Shown in pieces: positions 10,901-19,248 of a DNA stretch of 64,000 bases. The number at the start of each line of letters is the position of its first letter. Position 1 is the first letter of the stretch. The notes under the pieces are model-generated. The model saw nothing but the letters and a program-made list of their open reading frames with translations, was not told the DNA's origin and made no database searches. The DNA is from a virus (taxonomy: Duplodnaviria > Heunggongvirae > Uroviricota > Caudoviricetes). The position numbers and the translations under genes were made by a program. The stretch lies in IMG/VR virus record IMGVR_UViG_3300009614_000107; one strand, given 5' to 3'.

Positions 10901-12886
10901 ACTTAATTCTGTTTGTGTCGAACACGAAGTTGTACAGGTTAGTATCTGATTTGTGAATGTTGATGTGGTACAGGTTGTCTCAAAGCCCGTTAAAGTTCCA
11001 GCGGCAGGGACAGTAATATATGCCGTACCAGAAAACGTAGCAAATATTTGTATGGATTGTGTAAGCCATGTTGTACATGTGGCTACATAACTTGTCCATA
11101 AATAGGTTGCTGTAAATGAACGACCAACAGTAGAGGTTACTACAAAACTAGTTAAAATTTGTGTGTATTGATTTGTAACTAAGTTACCACCAGAGAAAAT
11201 TGTCTCTGTCCATATACCAGTTACAAGTACGTTAGAGGTAAATATGGCTGTCGTACTTGTTGTTCCAACCATAACAATTACGTTGGAAGTTATTAAACTA
11301 CTTGTTACAGAGGTTGTTTTTGCCAACCAAGAAGTAACTGTTGTAGTGCGAATGGTTGTTGACATTGTTGAGGAAGTTGAAGGTGATACTGTTGTACAAC
11401 TTGATGTCACTGATGATGATTGTGTTGAACTAACTGCTGTTACTGGTAGCACATAAGATACCCACAATGTTGGTGGTGGATTTACACCGCCCTGAGCAGC
11501 TGTGTAGAATCGTGAATTCCAAGTTGCACCAGTATAAGTAGCTGAGAAACCCAAAGCAAACCATGTTGGATGAAGTCTAATTGCTGACTGTAAATCTGTA
11601 ACTGCTAATGCTCCAAGAATGGCTTCCTGATTTGTGGATGCTACTGGAAATACAGCAGATGAATAATACAAATTTCCAGCCCTAGCATCGTTATATATTA
11701 CTCCATTACCAGTAGGTGTATCTGGTTGTGCGGATGGCTGACTCACCATATCATAGATGTTGACTGTTTGACCACCATTAACATTACCATCATAATCAAA
11801 CCTGACATCAAAAATTGCTGCACCAGATGGTATTGAGGATACATCCCATTCAACGGTTCCTACATAAGTGTAGAAAAGTGTTGAACTATAACCAATTTGT
11901 ATATAGGTTGTTATTGTACGTGTGTAAACAGCACCATTTTGGTTCGTTATATAAGGAGAAAAAGTAGGAGAATTTAGTATGGCAGTATCTGGGTCAATTT
12001 TTAGGCTCTGCCCAAAAGTTAATGTATAATCTCCAAATGTATATGTGATCCTTTTGCTTGTGAAATCTATGTATCCATTTTGTAAACATTGACTTGTGAG
12101 TACAGTTCCGCTTGGAGAGTAATAGGAAATACTTTGATCTTCAATAAGTGTGCAATCATTTGAACCCAAACCACAAATATATATTGGTGATTTTTCTAAT
12201 TTTGTGGATGTTATAACACCGTCAATTGTCTTGACTCTATCAAAATTTGTAGTTTGAACTTGTTTAACTTGTACAGTAATCCTTGATGATGTGGTGGAAA
12301 CCCACATAACTGTGTGTTTTAGTGGTACACCAATACAAAATGAATATATTATCTTTAAAATCCCAGATGGATTGGTTGTTGTTTGTTGTCTAGTTACATA
12401 AACACCTGTACTATTTTGAATAGATGCCCAAGTTATTGTTGGATTTAATGTGGCTTTTATACCATTACACCAAACTTCCCAAGTCTCAAATGCAACTTTA
12501 TTTTTCAGATTCGGGTCATAAAATACGGCTGTACCATTGTTATAGATTTTTGCACTTATAACTCCCGTTTGAACTATATAACATTTAGCTGTATTATCTA
12601 TAGAATACGCATATGGAACATAATTTGTTCCATCAAAAACCCATGCTGGTTGTGATGCCCAAGCATATGTATTTGTGCCTGTTTGATGAATGGTCATTGA
12701 ATTAAAATTTCGTGAAACAACTTTCCAACCTGTTGGAACGTTATATGTAACATTTGGTGATATTAATGGTGATTGATAGTTGGGATTGTTTGGATCATAT
12801 ACTTCTGCATAAATTGGAATATATATTTGAATAATGAACAATACCAAAAGTAACATACTAAATAATTTCTTTTGATTAATGTTCAT
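7952..12886 (-). CDS. giant Thr/Cys-repeat surface protein (1644 aa)
   Basis: Signal peptide; globular N-terminal region with DVSSIPSGAAI (DNRLRE/CBM96-like); two blocks of 14-aa (C/S)TTTCxTxTSITTT repeats around a globular domain; C-terminus GGGFPWWIIFIGVIVLAVAIMARERRRR. Confidence 0.85.
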   Translation of the reverse strand: MNINQKKLFSMLLLVLFIIQIYIPIYAEVYDPNNPNYQSPLISPNVTYNVPTGWKVVSRNFNSMTIHQTGTNTYAWASQPAWVFDGTNYVPYAYSIDNTAKCYIVQTGVISAKIYNNGTAVFYDPNLKNKVAFETWEVWCNGIKATLNPTITWASIQNSTGVYVTRQQTTTNPSGILKIIYSFCIGVPLKHTVMWVSTTSSRITVQVKQVQTTNFDRVKTIDGVITSTKLEKSPIYICGLGSNDCTLIEDQSISYYSPSGTVLTSQCLQNGYIDFTSKRITYTFGDYTLTFGQSLKIDPDTAILNSPTFSPYITNQNGAVYTRTITTYIQIGYSSTLFYTYVGTVEWDVSSIPSGAAIFDVRFDYDGNVNGGQTVNIYDMVSQPSAQPDTPTGNGVIYNDARAGNLYYSSAVFPVASTNQEAILGALAVTDLQSAIRLHPTWFALGFSATYTGATWNSRFYTAAQGGVNPPPTLWVSYVLPVTAVSSTQSSSVTSSCTTVSPSTSSTMSTTIRTTTVTSWLAKTTSVTSSLITSNVIVMVGTTSTTAIFTSNVLVTGIWTETIFSGGNLVTNQYTQILTSFVVTSTVGRSFTATYLWTSYVATCTTWLTQSIQIFATFSGTAYITVPAAGTLTGFETTCTTSTFTNQILTCTTSCSTQTELSLTCTTTCSTRTEISETTTTTCETESSVTTTCTTSCLTNTSVTTTCTTSCETSTSITTTCTSTCTTSISTTQTTTTTCTSSCSTSTSIDTTSTTTCSTSTSITTTSTTTCLTLTNITTTSTTTCTTSVSTSLTCTTTCSTSVSTNVTCTTTCTTSVSTSLTCTTTCSTSTSITTTSTTTCSTSTSVNTTCTTTCSTFTSVTTTCTTTCETSTETSKTTTTTCTTTCSTFTSITTTSTTTCTTSILTSQTTTTTCTSSCSTTTSITTTCTSTCSTFTSITTTCTSSCSTTTSVTTTCTTSCSTSSTMKSTTETSTTTCTTSETTTTTSITSTITTVTGGQFFTMVPSKITVAAGVYVSGNLQSVQTKDGHYYIVDESGGVAPVLIVPYNFTAVPDCFNARINIYGHYAGSNQHDVENQFYYQEPGIGLTWVNDGLRLTNQPADVWYNSTVGLDHDDFVNGAGNAFFRINHLSNGNAGHVLYIDYIELKLQIFAASSTTTCETTCITSISTSITCTTTCTTSFETSKTTTTTCTTSFSTYNTCTTTCSTSISNLLTCTTTCSTFTSITTTSTTTCTTSISTSVTCTTTCTTSVSTSLTSTTTCSTSTSISTTCTSTCSTFTSITTTCTSSCSTFTSVTTTSTTTCTTSTETSITTTCTSTCSTFTSITTTCTSTCTTSVFTSLTCTSTCTTSVFTSNTCTTTCSTSISTSITCSTTCSTSVSITSTTTCTTTSETQTSITTTCETTCSTFTSVTTSCTTTCSTFVSITITSTTTCSTTISVTTTCTSSCTTETSVTSTRTTTCYTSIETSETYTTYCETDTIINYTSTTTCDTFIFTTLTSTTSCDTFTQLILKVTCTTTCDTSTYVIATTTTTCATISDSTTMTCMSTSFESTTTSTTQTATYFIVSTTITAYITFTSTSAVDTSTATITATSTESSIILTTTITELTSTTGVISGGGGFPWWIIFIGVIVLAVAIMARERRRR
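8200..9425 (-). repeat. coding 42-nt (14-aa) Thr/Cys repeat block 2
   Basis: Nearly thirty degenerate units such as CTSTCSTFTSITTT; boundaries approximate. Confidence 0.85.
9900..10975 (-). repeat. coding 42-nt (14-aa) Thr/Cys repeat block 1
   Basis: About two dozen degenerate units such as CTTSCETSTSITTT; boundaries approximate. Confidence 0.85.
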
Positions 12887-13104
12887 CTAGAGAACCTTCT
12901 TCTTTCGCTCGTTTCGCCAAATTCTCATATATTCCTTATGGTAAGTTTGAGGATCCACGCAACTACGTACCTCAATTGCCTTATCTCTATGTTTGTACTG
13001 ACGATGGTACAAGAGTGGTGATATCTTTTAACGCTGTACAATATAAAAGTAATTGTATAAAAAAGAGTTAAAGAGGAATATGATAATACTACTTTTTTAT
13101 ATTA

Positions 13105-14454
13105 TTAGAATACTCTTACTAATCCTATCGGGAAGAACCAGAAGAAGAATATGATAGTTATTGTTAAGTGTATCACCATAGCCTCATATTTGTACTTTGG
13201 TAGGACTTTAGACCAGAACCACGGAATACCAACACATAAGCAGGGTATTGTAAATAAGAAGTAATGGTTAAATGGCATATTCATCTTAAACGGTTCCCAC
13301 AGTAGCCAAGGCAGATAATTTCCACCAATCCAAGCCAATATAAATTTTGATATATCTTCTTTGAAGTTTATGAATGCCAGTATTACGAGTGGAATGGTCA
13401 TCCACCAGATTGGGAAAGTAGACTCTGCTCTATAGTAGACTATTGGGTATGAACTCACACCGTTTGAGACAGTTGTTTCTAGGTAAACGGGTGGGTTGTT
13501 CCAATTCTCACCGATTGGTAAAATCCAGCTCCACGGTGGACGCCAGGTTGAAGTTACTTGTGGAATTGCACCATTAAGTCCTGTAAAATATGTAAACATA
13601 AACCAAACATGAGAGAATGGATCTGTTATGTATTTGTAGCTAAGTATCGTTGATAGTGAAGTTGTTGTTGTAGTTACATTTGCGCCATTGATAACTATCA
13701 CATTTGCAACAACATTGGCAGATGTGCTGGAACTTGGCTTCCAAATCATATCTGAAATGAATAAACCACCACCCCCTACTAAGATACAAATCAAAAGGAA
13801 GATTCCTGTGTTCTTTATAAGCAAGTTCTTTGGAAGAGATGCTTTCAAATCCTTCCAATGGAACTTTGTCATTAATTGGTAGAAGAACATTCCCAAAAGA
13901 ACATAGAGTGCCTTTTCATTACAGAGGAATCCTAGACCAATCATAACGGCAGAAATGAAGTATTTCTTCTTTACAAAGTAATATGCAAATGCTAGTGAGA
14001 ACGTCAGAGCTGGCATTTCGAGCATATAGATATTACCGTGAATGAACCAAATTATATCAAAGCAAGTGAATGATGCTGCAATTAATGCCATCTTCTCATC
14101 TTTCAGGAATGCCTTGGCCAGAAGATAGAAAACGTAGGTTCCAGCTAGTGCAAAGATAACAATTGGGAATCTCCAAGCAAACCAGTAGTCACCAAAGACT
14201 TTCATAAAGATTAATCCAATTATTTTGGTTAAAGGTGGATGCTCTGCGTTTGCTGCAACACCTTGAAGCATTGATTCCGTTGCTTTAACATAATGTACTT
14301 CGTCAAAGATCATACCCCCATCGCTGGGGATTGTCATACAAAAAAATCGAATAATAGCATCTAGCAAAATTATATGCCAAATGTTTATCTTATTAAAAAT
14401 TCCAGTCATTAATTTTATCGGGTTAGGTATCTGGAACTTCCAGTTCACTTCCAT
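13105..14454 (-). CDS. protein O-mannosyltransferase-like GT-C (PMT/GT39) glycosyltransferase
   Basis: FDEVHYV (DE motif), NAEHPPLTK, WR, multi-TM, SxPWSW-like RPPWSW, HYFL. Confidence 0.8.
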   Translation of the reverse strand: MEVNWKFQIPNPIKLMTGIFNKINIWHIILLDAIIRFFCMTIPSDGGMIFDEVHYVKATESMLQGVAANAEHPPLTKIIGLIFMKVFGDYWFAWRFPIVIFALAGTYVFYLLAKAFLKDEKMALIAASFTCFDIIWFIHGNIYMLEMPALTFSLAFAYYFVKKKYFISAVMIGLGFLCNEKALYVLLGMFFYQLMTKFHWKDLKASLPKNLLIKNTGIFLLICILVGGGGLFISDMIWKPSSSTSANVVANVIVINGANVTTTTTSLSTILSYKYITDPFSHVWFMFTYFTGLNGAIPQVTSTWRPPWSWILPIGENWNNPPVYLETTVSNGVSSYPIVYYRAESTFPIWWMTIPLVILAFINFKEDISKFILAWIGGNYLPWLLWEPFKMNMPFNHYFLFTIPCLCVGIPWFWSKVLPKYKYEAMVIHLTITIIFFFWFFPIGLVRVF

Positions 14455-14801
14455 ATCAAGACCTCCATAAGTTTAGGAATGTAGACTAATGTAGCTACTA
14501 GTACTGCTATAACGCATAGAAAAAGAACTGCTCCAGCAGACATATCTTTTACCAACTTAATATCATAATCCCTGTTGATGGTAATTCTATCACACAAATG
14601 CTCGATGGCAGTATTAAACATCTCCGCAGAATATACCATTCCAGCACAGATTAATGTGGTTGCAGACGATGCTACATCTATCGACAGAACCACATTGACC
14701 ATATAAATGCCAACTAGAGCCAACAAAAACCACTTGAGTTTTGTGTTTGCTGCTAGGGCATATCTTATTCCAAAAATCGCTTCTTTAAACATACTTTGCA
14801 C
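14445..14801 (-). CDS. dgkA: diacylglycerol/undecaprenol kinase family protein
   Basis: EMFNTAIEHLCD...KLVKDMSAGAVL signature, 3 TM. Confidence 0.85.
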   Translation of the reverse strand: MQSMFKEAIFGIRYALAANTKLKWFLLALVGIYMVNVVLSIDVASSATTLICAGMVYSAEMFNTAIEHLCDRITINRDYDIKLVKDMSAGAVLFLCVIAVLVATLVYIPKLMEVLIWK

Positions 14802-15210
14802 CCTTCTTGACTAACTCCTTATAGAACACATCATTGACAATATCTGTTGGGATACGAATGATTGTCCAACCAATTGATTTGAGTAGATGATCTCTAATTT
14901 TATCTCTTTCCGTCCAGTCTGGTTCGTTGTGATGCCACCCGTCAATTTCAATATCTAATTTAGATTCTGGGAAGCAAATATCCATCTCGTATGGTCCGAT
15001 CTTCCGACCAAAGTCATTGAATGGACCAAAGACACAATTAGCGTAGAAATCACCAGTATGCTTTACTGATCTGTAGAGTCCCTTATTATAGTATTCCCCA
15101 ATTCTAGTTACTTGACCTTTTTTATATCCCATTTTTTGCATTAATTTAACCATTATTCTTTCAGGATTTGATGGCCGTCTACCATAATATGGAACCAAGT
15201 TAAACACCAT
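14785..15210 (-). CDS. DUF559/Vsr-like endonuclease
   Basis: YEMDICF...IEIDGWHH...RDKIRDHLLKSIGWTIIRI. Confidence 0.75.
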   Translation of the reverse strand: MVFNLVPYYGRRPSNPERIMVKLMQKMGYKKGQVTRIGEYYNKGLYRSVKHTGDFYANCVFGPFNDFGRKIGPYEMDICFPESKLDIEIDGWHHNEPDWTERDKIRDHLLKSIGWTIIRIPTDIVNDVFYKELVKKGAKYV

Positions 15211-16120
15211 AATAATAACTTATCAGTCTCTCGATTCCACTTGGAAGAGATATAAAGTCTTTCTTACCCAAACAAGCCTTCATTCTACCCGTATCTGCCT
15301 GGGTGACTTCCACATAGTTATTGAGATTCTTTGGCTGAAGATAGGATGGCTCTATTGACTTTCCAAGTTTGTTGTTTATCAACCACACTAATTCATTCAA
15401 ACTTATAGTGATTCCTGTACCAACATTAATTACAGATGGTAATGGATGCTGTTTTAACAATTTTTCCATAGCTATTAGGAAGCACTCGACTACATCATCC
15501 ACATACACAAAGTCTCTTGTTTGTTCACCCTTGAAGTAAAGAACTGGATTTCTATCTTCCATCATATCTAGTAGGAATTGGGTTACTAGGTTTGCATATT
15601 TTCCTTTGGATTTCTCTCTAGGACCATAGACTGAAAACAGACGCAAACCAACAGACTTTACATCATAGAGGTGGTCATAAAGTTCAAACAATCTCTCGAT
15701 AGCATATCTGGTTTCTGTGTAGTAGTCTGTCACCATAATGCTTGAAAACTCATCAGATGGAACCATACTTTTATTGTATAGGCTTGATGTTGAGGCAAAG
15801 ACTACTGGAATTTGGTGATCTTTGGCATATTCCATAACTCTTAAAGAATCACTAATTGCGCTTGCAACTAATTGTGGTTTTTCTTTATACATTGGTGACG
15901 AGCTCGGCATTCCAAGATGATATATACAATCTAGTCTCAACTTATCTATTTTTGAATAATCTGTATCAATACTAGTAATATATTTTTGGTTTAAAGGAAG
16001 ATTGTTTGTATTACCAGTTGAAAAATTATCAATTATACTAACAAAATCCTTTTTGTCGAGATGTTTTTTGACTATATGACTACCTATGAAGCCAGCACCG
16101 CCTGTAACTAAAACATTCAT
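15200..16120 (-). CDS. NAD-dependent sugar epimerase/dehydratase
   Basis: VTGGAGFIGSH, FASTSS, YxxxR, RLFSVYGP, TRDFVYVDD. Confidence 0.92.
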   Translation of the reverse strand: MNVLVTGGAGFIGSHIVKKHLDKKDFVSIIDNFSTGNTNNLPLNQKYITSIDTDYSKIDKLRLDCIYHLGMPSSSPMYKEKPQLVASAISDSLRVMEYAKDHQIPVVFASTSSLYNKSMVPSDEFSSIMVTDYYTETRYAIERLFELYDHLYDVKSVGLRLFSVYGPREKSKGKYANLVTQFLLDMMEDRNPVLYFKGEQTRDFVYVDDVVECFLIAMEKLLKQHPLPSVINVGTGITISLNELVWLINNKLGKSIEPSYLQPKNLNNYVEVTQADTGRMKACLGKKDFISLPSGIERLISYYYGV

Positions 16121-16231
16121 TTTTTTACACGTCCTCTACCTGTAACTTGATAGTGTCCATTTCTGGCACGAACCTTGTCACCCTTTCCTTTATGCAAAGG
16201 CTCATTGGGTGAGTTGAAATCCCTACGTTCC

Positions 16232-16705
16232 TCATCGTTTGTTGCTCCTGAATTTGTACCCATTGAAGATGAATCTCCTCTTCGTTTTTTCCAACTTGAA
16301 AAAAGGTGAAGTGAGTTTTTCCAAATCTCCCTGGTTAAATTTGCTTATGTGATCTGGATTTCCCTTTATGGCATCTCTGAACCTGAGTGCCAACATTCTG
16401 GCTATAAAAAGTGAGAAATCATTTGGGTCAACTATGACCATACAACCGTTTGGCTTGAGAACTCTATATGCTTCCTTTATAGCTTCTAGTGGTTTCTTAC
16501 AGTGTTCTAACGTATCTAGAAGGAACAAATTAGCAAACTGACTGTCGTGAAAAAAGTGTAAATCTTCTGCTTCTAGACATAAGTCTGGTTTGTTCTTAGT
16601 TCCCTCAAATTCTAAAAATCTATCAACTCCTATACAGTCCCTGATTTTGTTGGTGTATCGTTTATCACCACAACCAACATCTATGTTAGGGCTATCCTGA
16701 TCCAT
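16232..16705 (-). CDS. class I SAM-dependent methyltransferase (type 11)
   Basis: IDVGCG, DTLEH, EAYRVLKPNG. Confidence 0.85.
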   Translation of the reverse strand: MDQDSPNIDVGCGDKRYTNKIRDCIGVDRFLEFEGTKNKPDLCLEAEDLHFFHDSQFANLFLLDTLEHCKKPLEAIKEAYRVLKPNGCMVIVDPNDFSLFIARMLALRFRDAIKGNPDHISKFNQGDLEKLTSPFFKLEKTKRRFIFNGYKFRSNKR

Positions 16706-16745
16706 TAGAGAAAGAACTGCATTTAATTTGGTGTTGTAAACCCAT

Positions 16746-17714
16746 TCATCGATCAGATTTTGCCACCTCTATGAACATATTCTCAAGCTGGTCAATTACC
16801 TTAACTTTATCAAATTTTTCAGCTTGCTTGAAGAGAATTTGTGCGTATATTTGATAAATTCCACTATCCCACATTTCCTTGATTTCTAAGATCCTTCGGT
16901 GTGCTGATTCTGCTGTGTCTGCGTAAAATAATGGCAATCCAAGTGCTCTATGTGCTAGAACTGAGGAAACTAAAGGAATCGACTTACCCCATAACACAGC
17001 TTCGATTATGGAGAGTCCGAATGTGTCAACTCTTGCTGGTACAAAGATTATATGACAATCATCATAAAATTGGGCAAGTTGTTTGTCTGTCAATCCACCC
17101 GTTTCCATTGTTTTGATGTTGTCCTTCTCTAAAATTGGTTTTAGTTGATTCCAGACATCGTAGCCTTTCGACCAGGTTTTTCTTGAAGCAAATCCTACTG
17201 TAAACTGTTTTGGTTTGTTTCCTGATGGAATATGATATGATGAATCAACAAAGTTTGGGATAGATATCACGTTTGGATGATTAATATGGTACTCATCCAA
17301 TGGTGTATGAACAGCTTTGAACTTTCCTAATTCATATTTGGATGTGAACCAATTTACAACTATTGCTAAATTCGGGAGTAAACCGTATGACCAAGAGAGT
17401 GGTTTCCAATAAGCATTTGAGTGCATTCCAGCTATTTTCTTTCCGTGAATAACCCAGAAATTGAGCCAGTTAAGTGGGTGATATACTATGTACACCACAT
17501 CTGCGTCAATTATGTGAAAGTAGCCTTCGTGGTATGGAATTGATCCCAATTCTTTTTTGGGATCCAGTTTGCCACCATCTTCCAAGAGAAATGGTAGGCA
17601 GTATATTTCAACATCGTGTCCTCTGGCAACGAGTTCCTTGGATAGTTGAATTATCCACCTTTCGCCACCCCCACCATAACGAAGGGAGAGGCCACTACAG
17701 AAGGCTATACGCAC
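16746..17714 (-). CDS. GT4 glycosyltransferase
   Basis: GGGERWIIQL, IPNFVD, RKTWSKG, DTFGLSIIEA. Confidence 0.85.
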   Translation of the reverse strand: MRIAFCSGLSLRYGGGGERWIIQLSKELVARGHDVEIYCLPFLLEDGGKLDPKKELGSIPYHEGYFHIIDADVVYIVYHPLNWLNFWVIHGKKIAGMHSNAYWKPLSWSYGLLPNLAIVVNWFTSKYELGKFKAVHTPLDEYHINHPNVISIPNFVDSSYHIPSGNKPKQFTVGFASRKTWSKGYDVWNQLKPILEKDNIKTMETGGLTDKQLAQFYDDCHIIFVPARVDTFGLSIIEAVLWGKSIPLVSSVLAHRALGLPLFYADTAESAHRRILEIKEMWDSGIYQIYAQILFKQAEKFDKVKVIDQLENMFIEVAKSDR

Positions 17715-17745
17715 GGTAAGTTTAGATCGATAGAATTTATAAATA

Positions 17746-17952
17746 TTAGTCGATTCTTGGTGGCTCTTCTATCCTATTTTTGCCATATCTATGTCTGCTC
17801 TGCTCTCTGACCTTATTACCACAAAATGGACAAAGACGCATACCCTTGGGATTTATTCTCTCTTCTCCGTGTTTGATCCATCCATCGTGTGGACCACAAC
17901 CTCTAGTACAATAATAATGTGTTTTGTATGTGTATGTAATATAGTAAGACAT
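17746..17952 (-). CDS. Zn-ribbon protein (paralog A)
   Basis: YKTHYYCTRGCGP...GWIKHG...CPFCG; tandem paralog of 17954..18157. Confidence 0.7.
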   Translation of the reverse strand: MSYYITYTYKTHYYCTRGCGPHDGWIKHGEERINPKGMRLCPFCGNKVREQSRHRYGKNRIEEPPRID

Positions 17953-17953
17953 T

Positions 17954-18157
17954 TTAACTTACCCTCATTGGTTCTTCTTTTCTATGTGCTCCAAATGCCC
18001 AACGACTCTTTAGTCTAAGATCTCTTCCACAGATTGGACATATTTTACAGCCATTTTTTGCCAATTTTTCTTGACCGTGTTTAATCCATCCTTTGTCTGG
18101 ACCACAGCCTCTTGAGCAGTAGTAGTGTGTTTTGTACGTATATTTTGGAACATTCAC
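17954..18157 (-). CDS. Zn-ribbon protein (paralog B)
   Basis: YKTHYYCSRGCGP...GWIKHG...CPICG. Confidence 0.7.
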   Translation of the reverse strand: MNVPKYTYKTHYYCSRGCGPDKGWIKHGQEKLAKNGCKICPICGRDLRLKSRWAFGAHRKEEPMRVS

Positions 18158-18687
18158 TTCTTATCACACTTCTCATCGTGATGAATAACACCAACTGTTG
18201 GATATCCTGTCCAATTTGGTGGATCAAAGACTATAACTATGCTTGGGAACGGGGCTGGTGTAAGTTTAGTTGGATCAAGAGGATTAATGAACTTCACTCG
18301 ACCCTTAATGAATAGAAGTCTAGAAGCGTGTCCAATTATGTTATGAAACCATCTTGTATCTGTTCTAGCTGGAACTAAGAGAACTGTTATTGTTCTATCT
18401 GAACAGCTTTGGTGTAAATCTCCCCACCAAGATTCAGTATGTGCTTTCTCAGCCCACTTATTCACATTAGTGTATGGTGGATTTATGAAAACAGATTTAC
18501 CTCTCCAAGACTTTGTAAGACCATCATTCTCTTTGGTATAGAAGTTTTTGCATTTTGTGTTTCCAGGTGTAGCACAGGGGTCAAGATCGAAATGATAGTC
18601 TGAGTCAAGCATCTCATATAACCAAGGTGGTGTAATCCACTCATCGGATAAGTGGCTAAAAAGTGCTTTTCTGTCATTATCATTCAT
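18154..18687 (-). CDS. phage-type DNA N6-adenine methyltransferase (Dam family)
   Basis: EWITP, FDLDPCA, DGL..SW, FINPPY, LVPARTDTRWF, KGRVKF, APFPS. Confidence 0.9.
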   Translation of the reverse strand: MNDNDRKALFSHLSDEWITPPWLYEMLDSDYHFDLDPCATPGNTKCKNFYTKENDGLTKSWRGKSVFINPPYTNVNKWAEKAHTESWWGDLHQSCSDRTITVLLVPARTDTRWFHNIIGHASRLLFIKGRVKFINPLDPTKLTPAPFPSIVIVFDPPNWTGYPTVGVIHHDEKCDKK

Positions 18688-18983
18688 TTAACTAGCCTCT
18701 TTGCAAGTTCCACTTCAGATTCACAGTCAACTACTTTACCATTCATTGTCTTGTGAACACCGACTGCAACTATAGTCATATCGTGATCCATTAACCAGCA
18801 TTCAAGATGTAGTGGCTCTCCGTTGATTACAAATATCTTGACATATTGCTGCCCAGCAGTTATTGGTTCAGAGCAACTGGCACAAATGCCAATGTTCCTT
18901 CTTGCTGTGTGTAGTTCTCCATTTACTGTATTAGATGGAATTTCTCTGCCATTTAGCATATATGTACGCTTTTGATACTTCAT
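18684..18983 (-). CDS. Zn-finger-like hypothetical protein
   Basis: CASC...HLEC. Confidence 0.5.
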   Translation of the reverse strand: MKYQKRTYMLNGREIPSNTVNGELHTARRNIGICASCSEPITAGQQYVKIFVINGEPLHLECWLMDHDMTIVAVGVHKTMNGKVVDCESEVELAKRLVK

Positions 18984-18984
18984 T

Positions 18985-19242
18985 TTATTCTAACCTTGGA
19001 ATTACTATCTTCTCATCTATACGTTCTACAGCATTAAAAAGGACTTCGCAGTCACAATACCCACCATATTTTTTAACCATATCTTCTACAGTTTTAAAAT
19101 TTAACTTATTATCATCACAGAATTGTTTTGTGAAAGTAAGTTGACCATCACAATTCCAGATTATCTCCCCATCTGACTTTCTCTTTCTAAAATTACATTT
19201 TTCCTCAAGATACTTGAATAAATTATCATAGGTTATTGACAT
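18985..19242 (-). CDS. DUF2695-like protein
   Basis: CD..L.FT...GGYCDCEVLFN. Confidence 0.7.
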   Translation of the reverse strand: MSITYDNLFKYLEEKCNFRKRKSDGEIIWNCDGQLTFTKQFCDDNKLNFKTVEDMVKKYGGYCDCEVLFNAVERIDEKIVIPRLE

Positions 19243-19248
19243 TTTGTG

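Noticed and set aside
8517-10949. Long Val-rich plus-strand ORFs (8517..9458, 9933..10163, 10182..10949; also 53132..53629)
   Set aside because: Antisense shadows of ACN-rich Thr repeats, which lack stop codons on the opposite strand; no RBS or promoter
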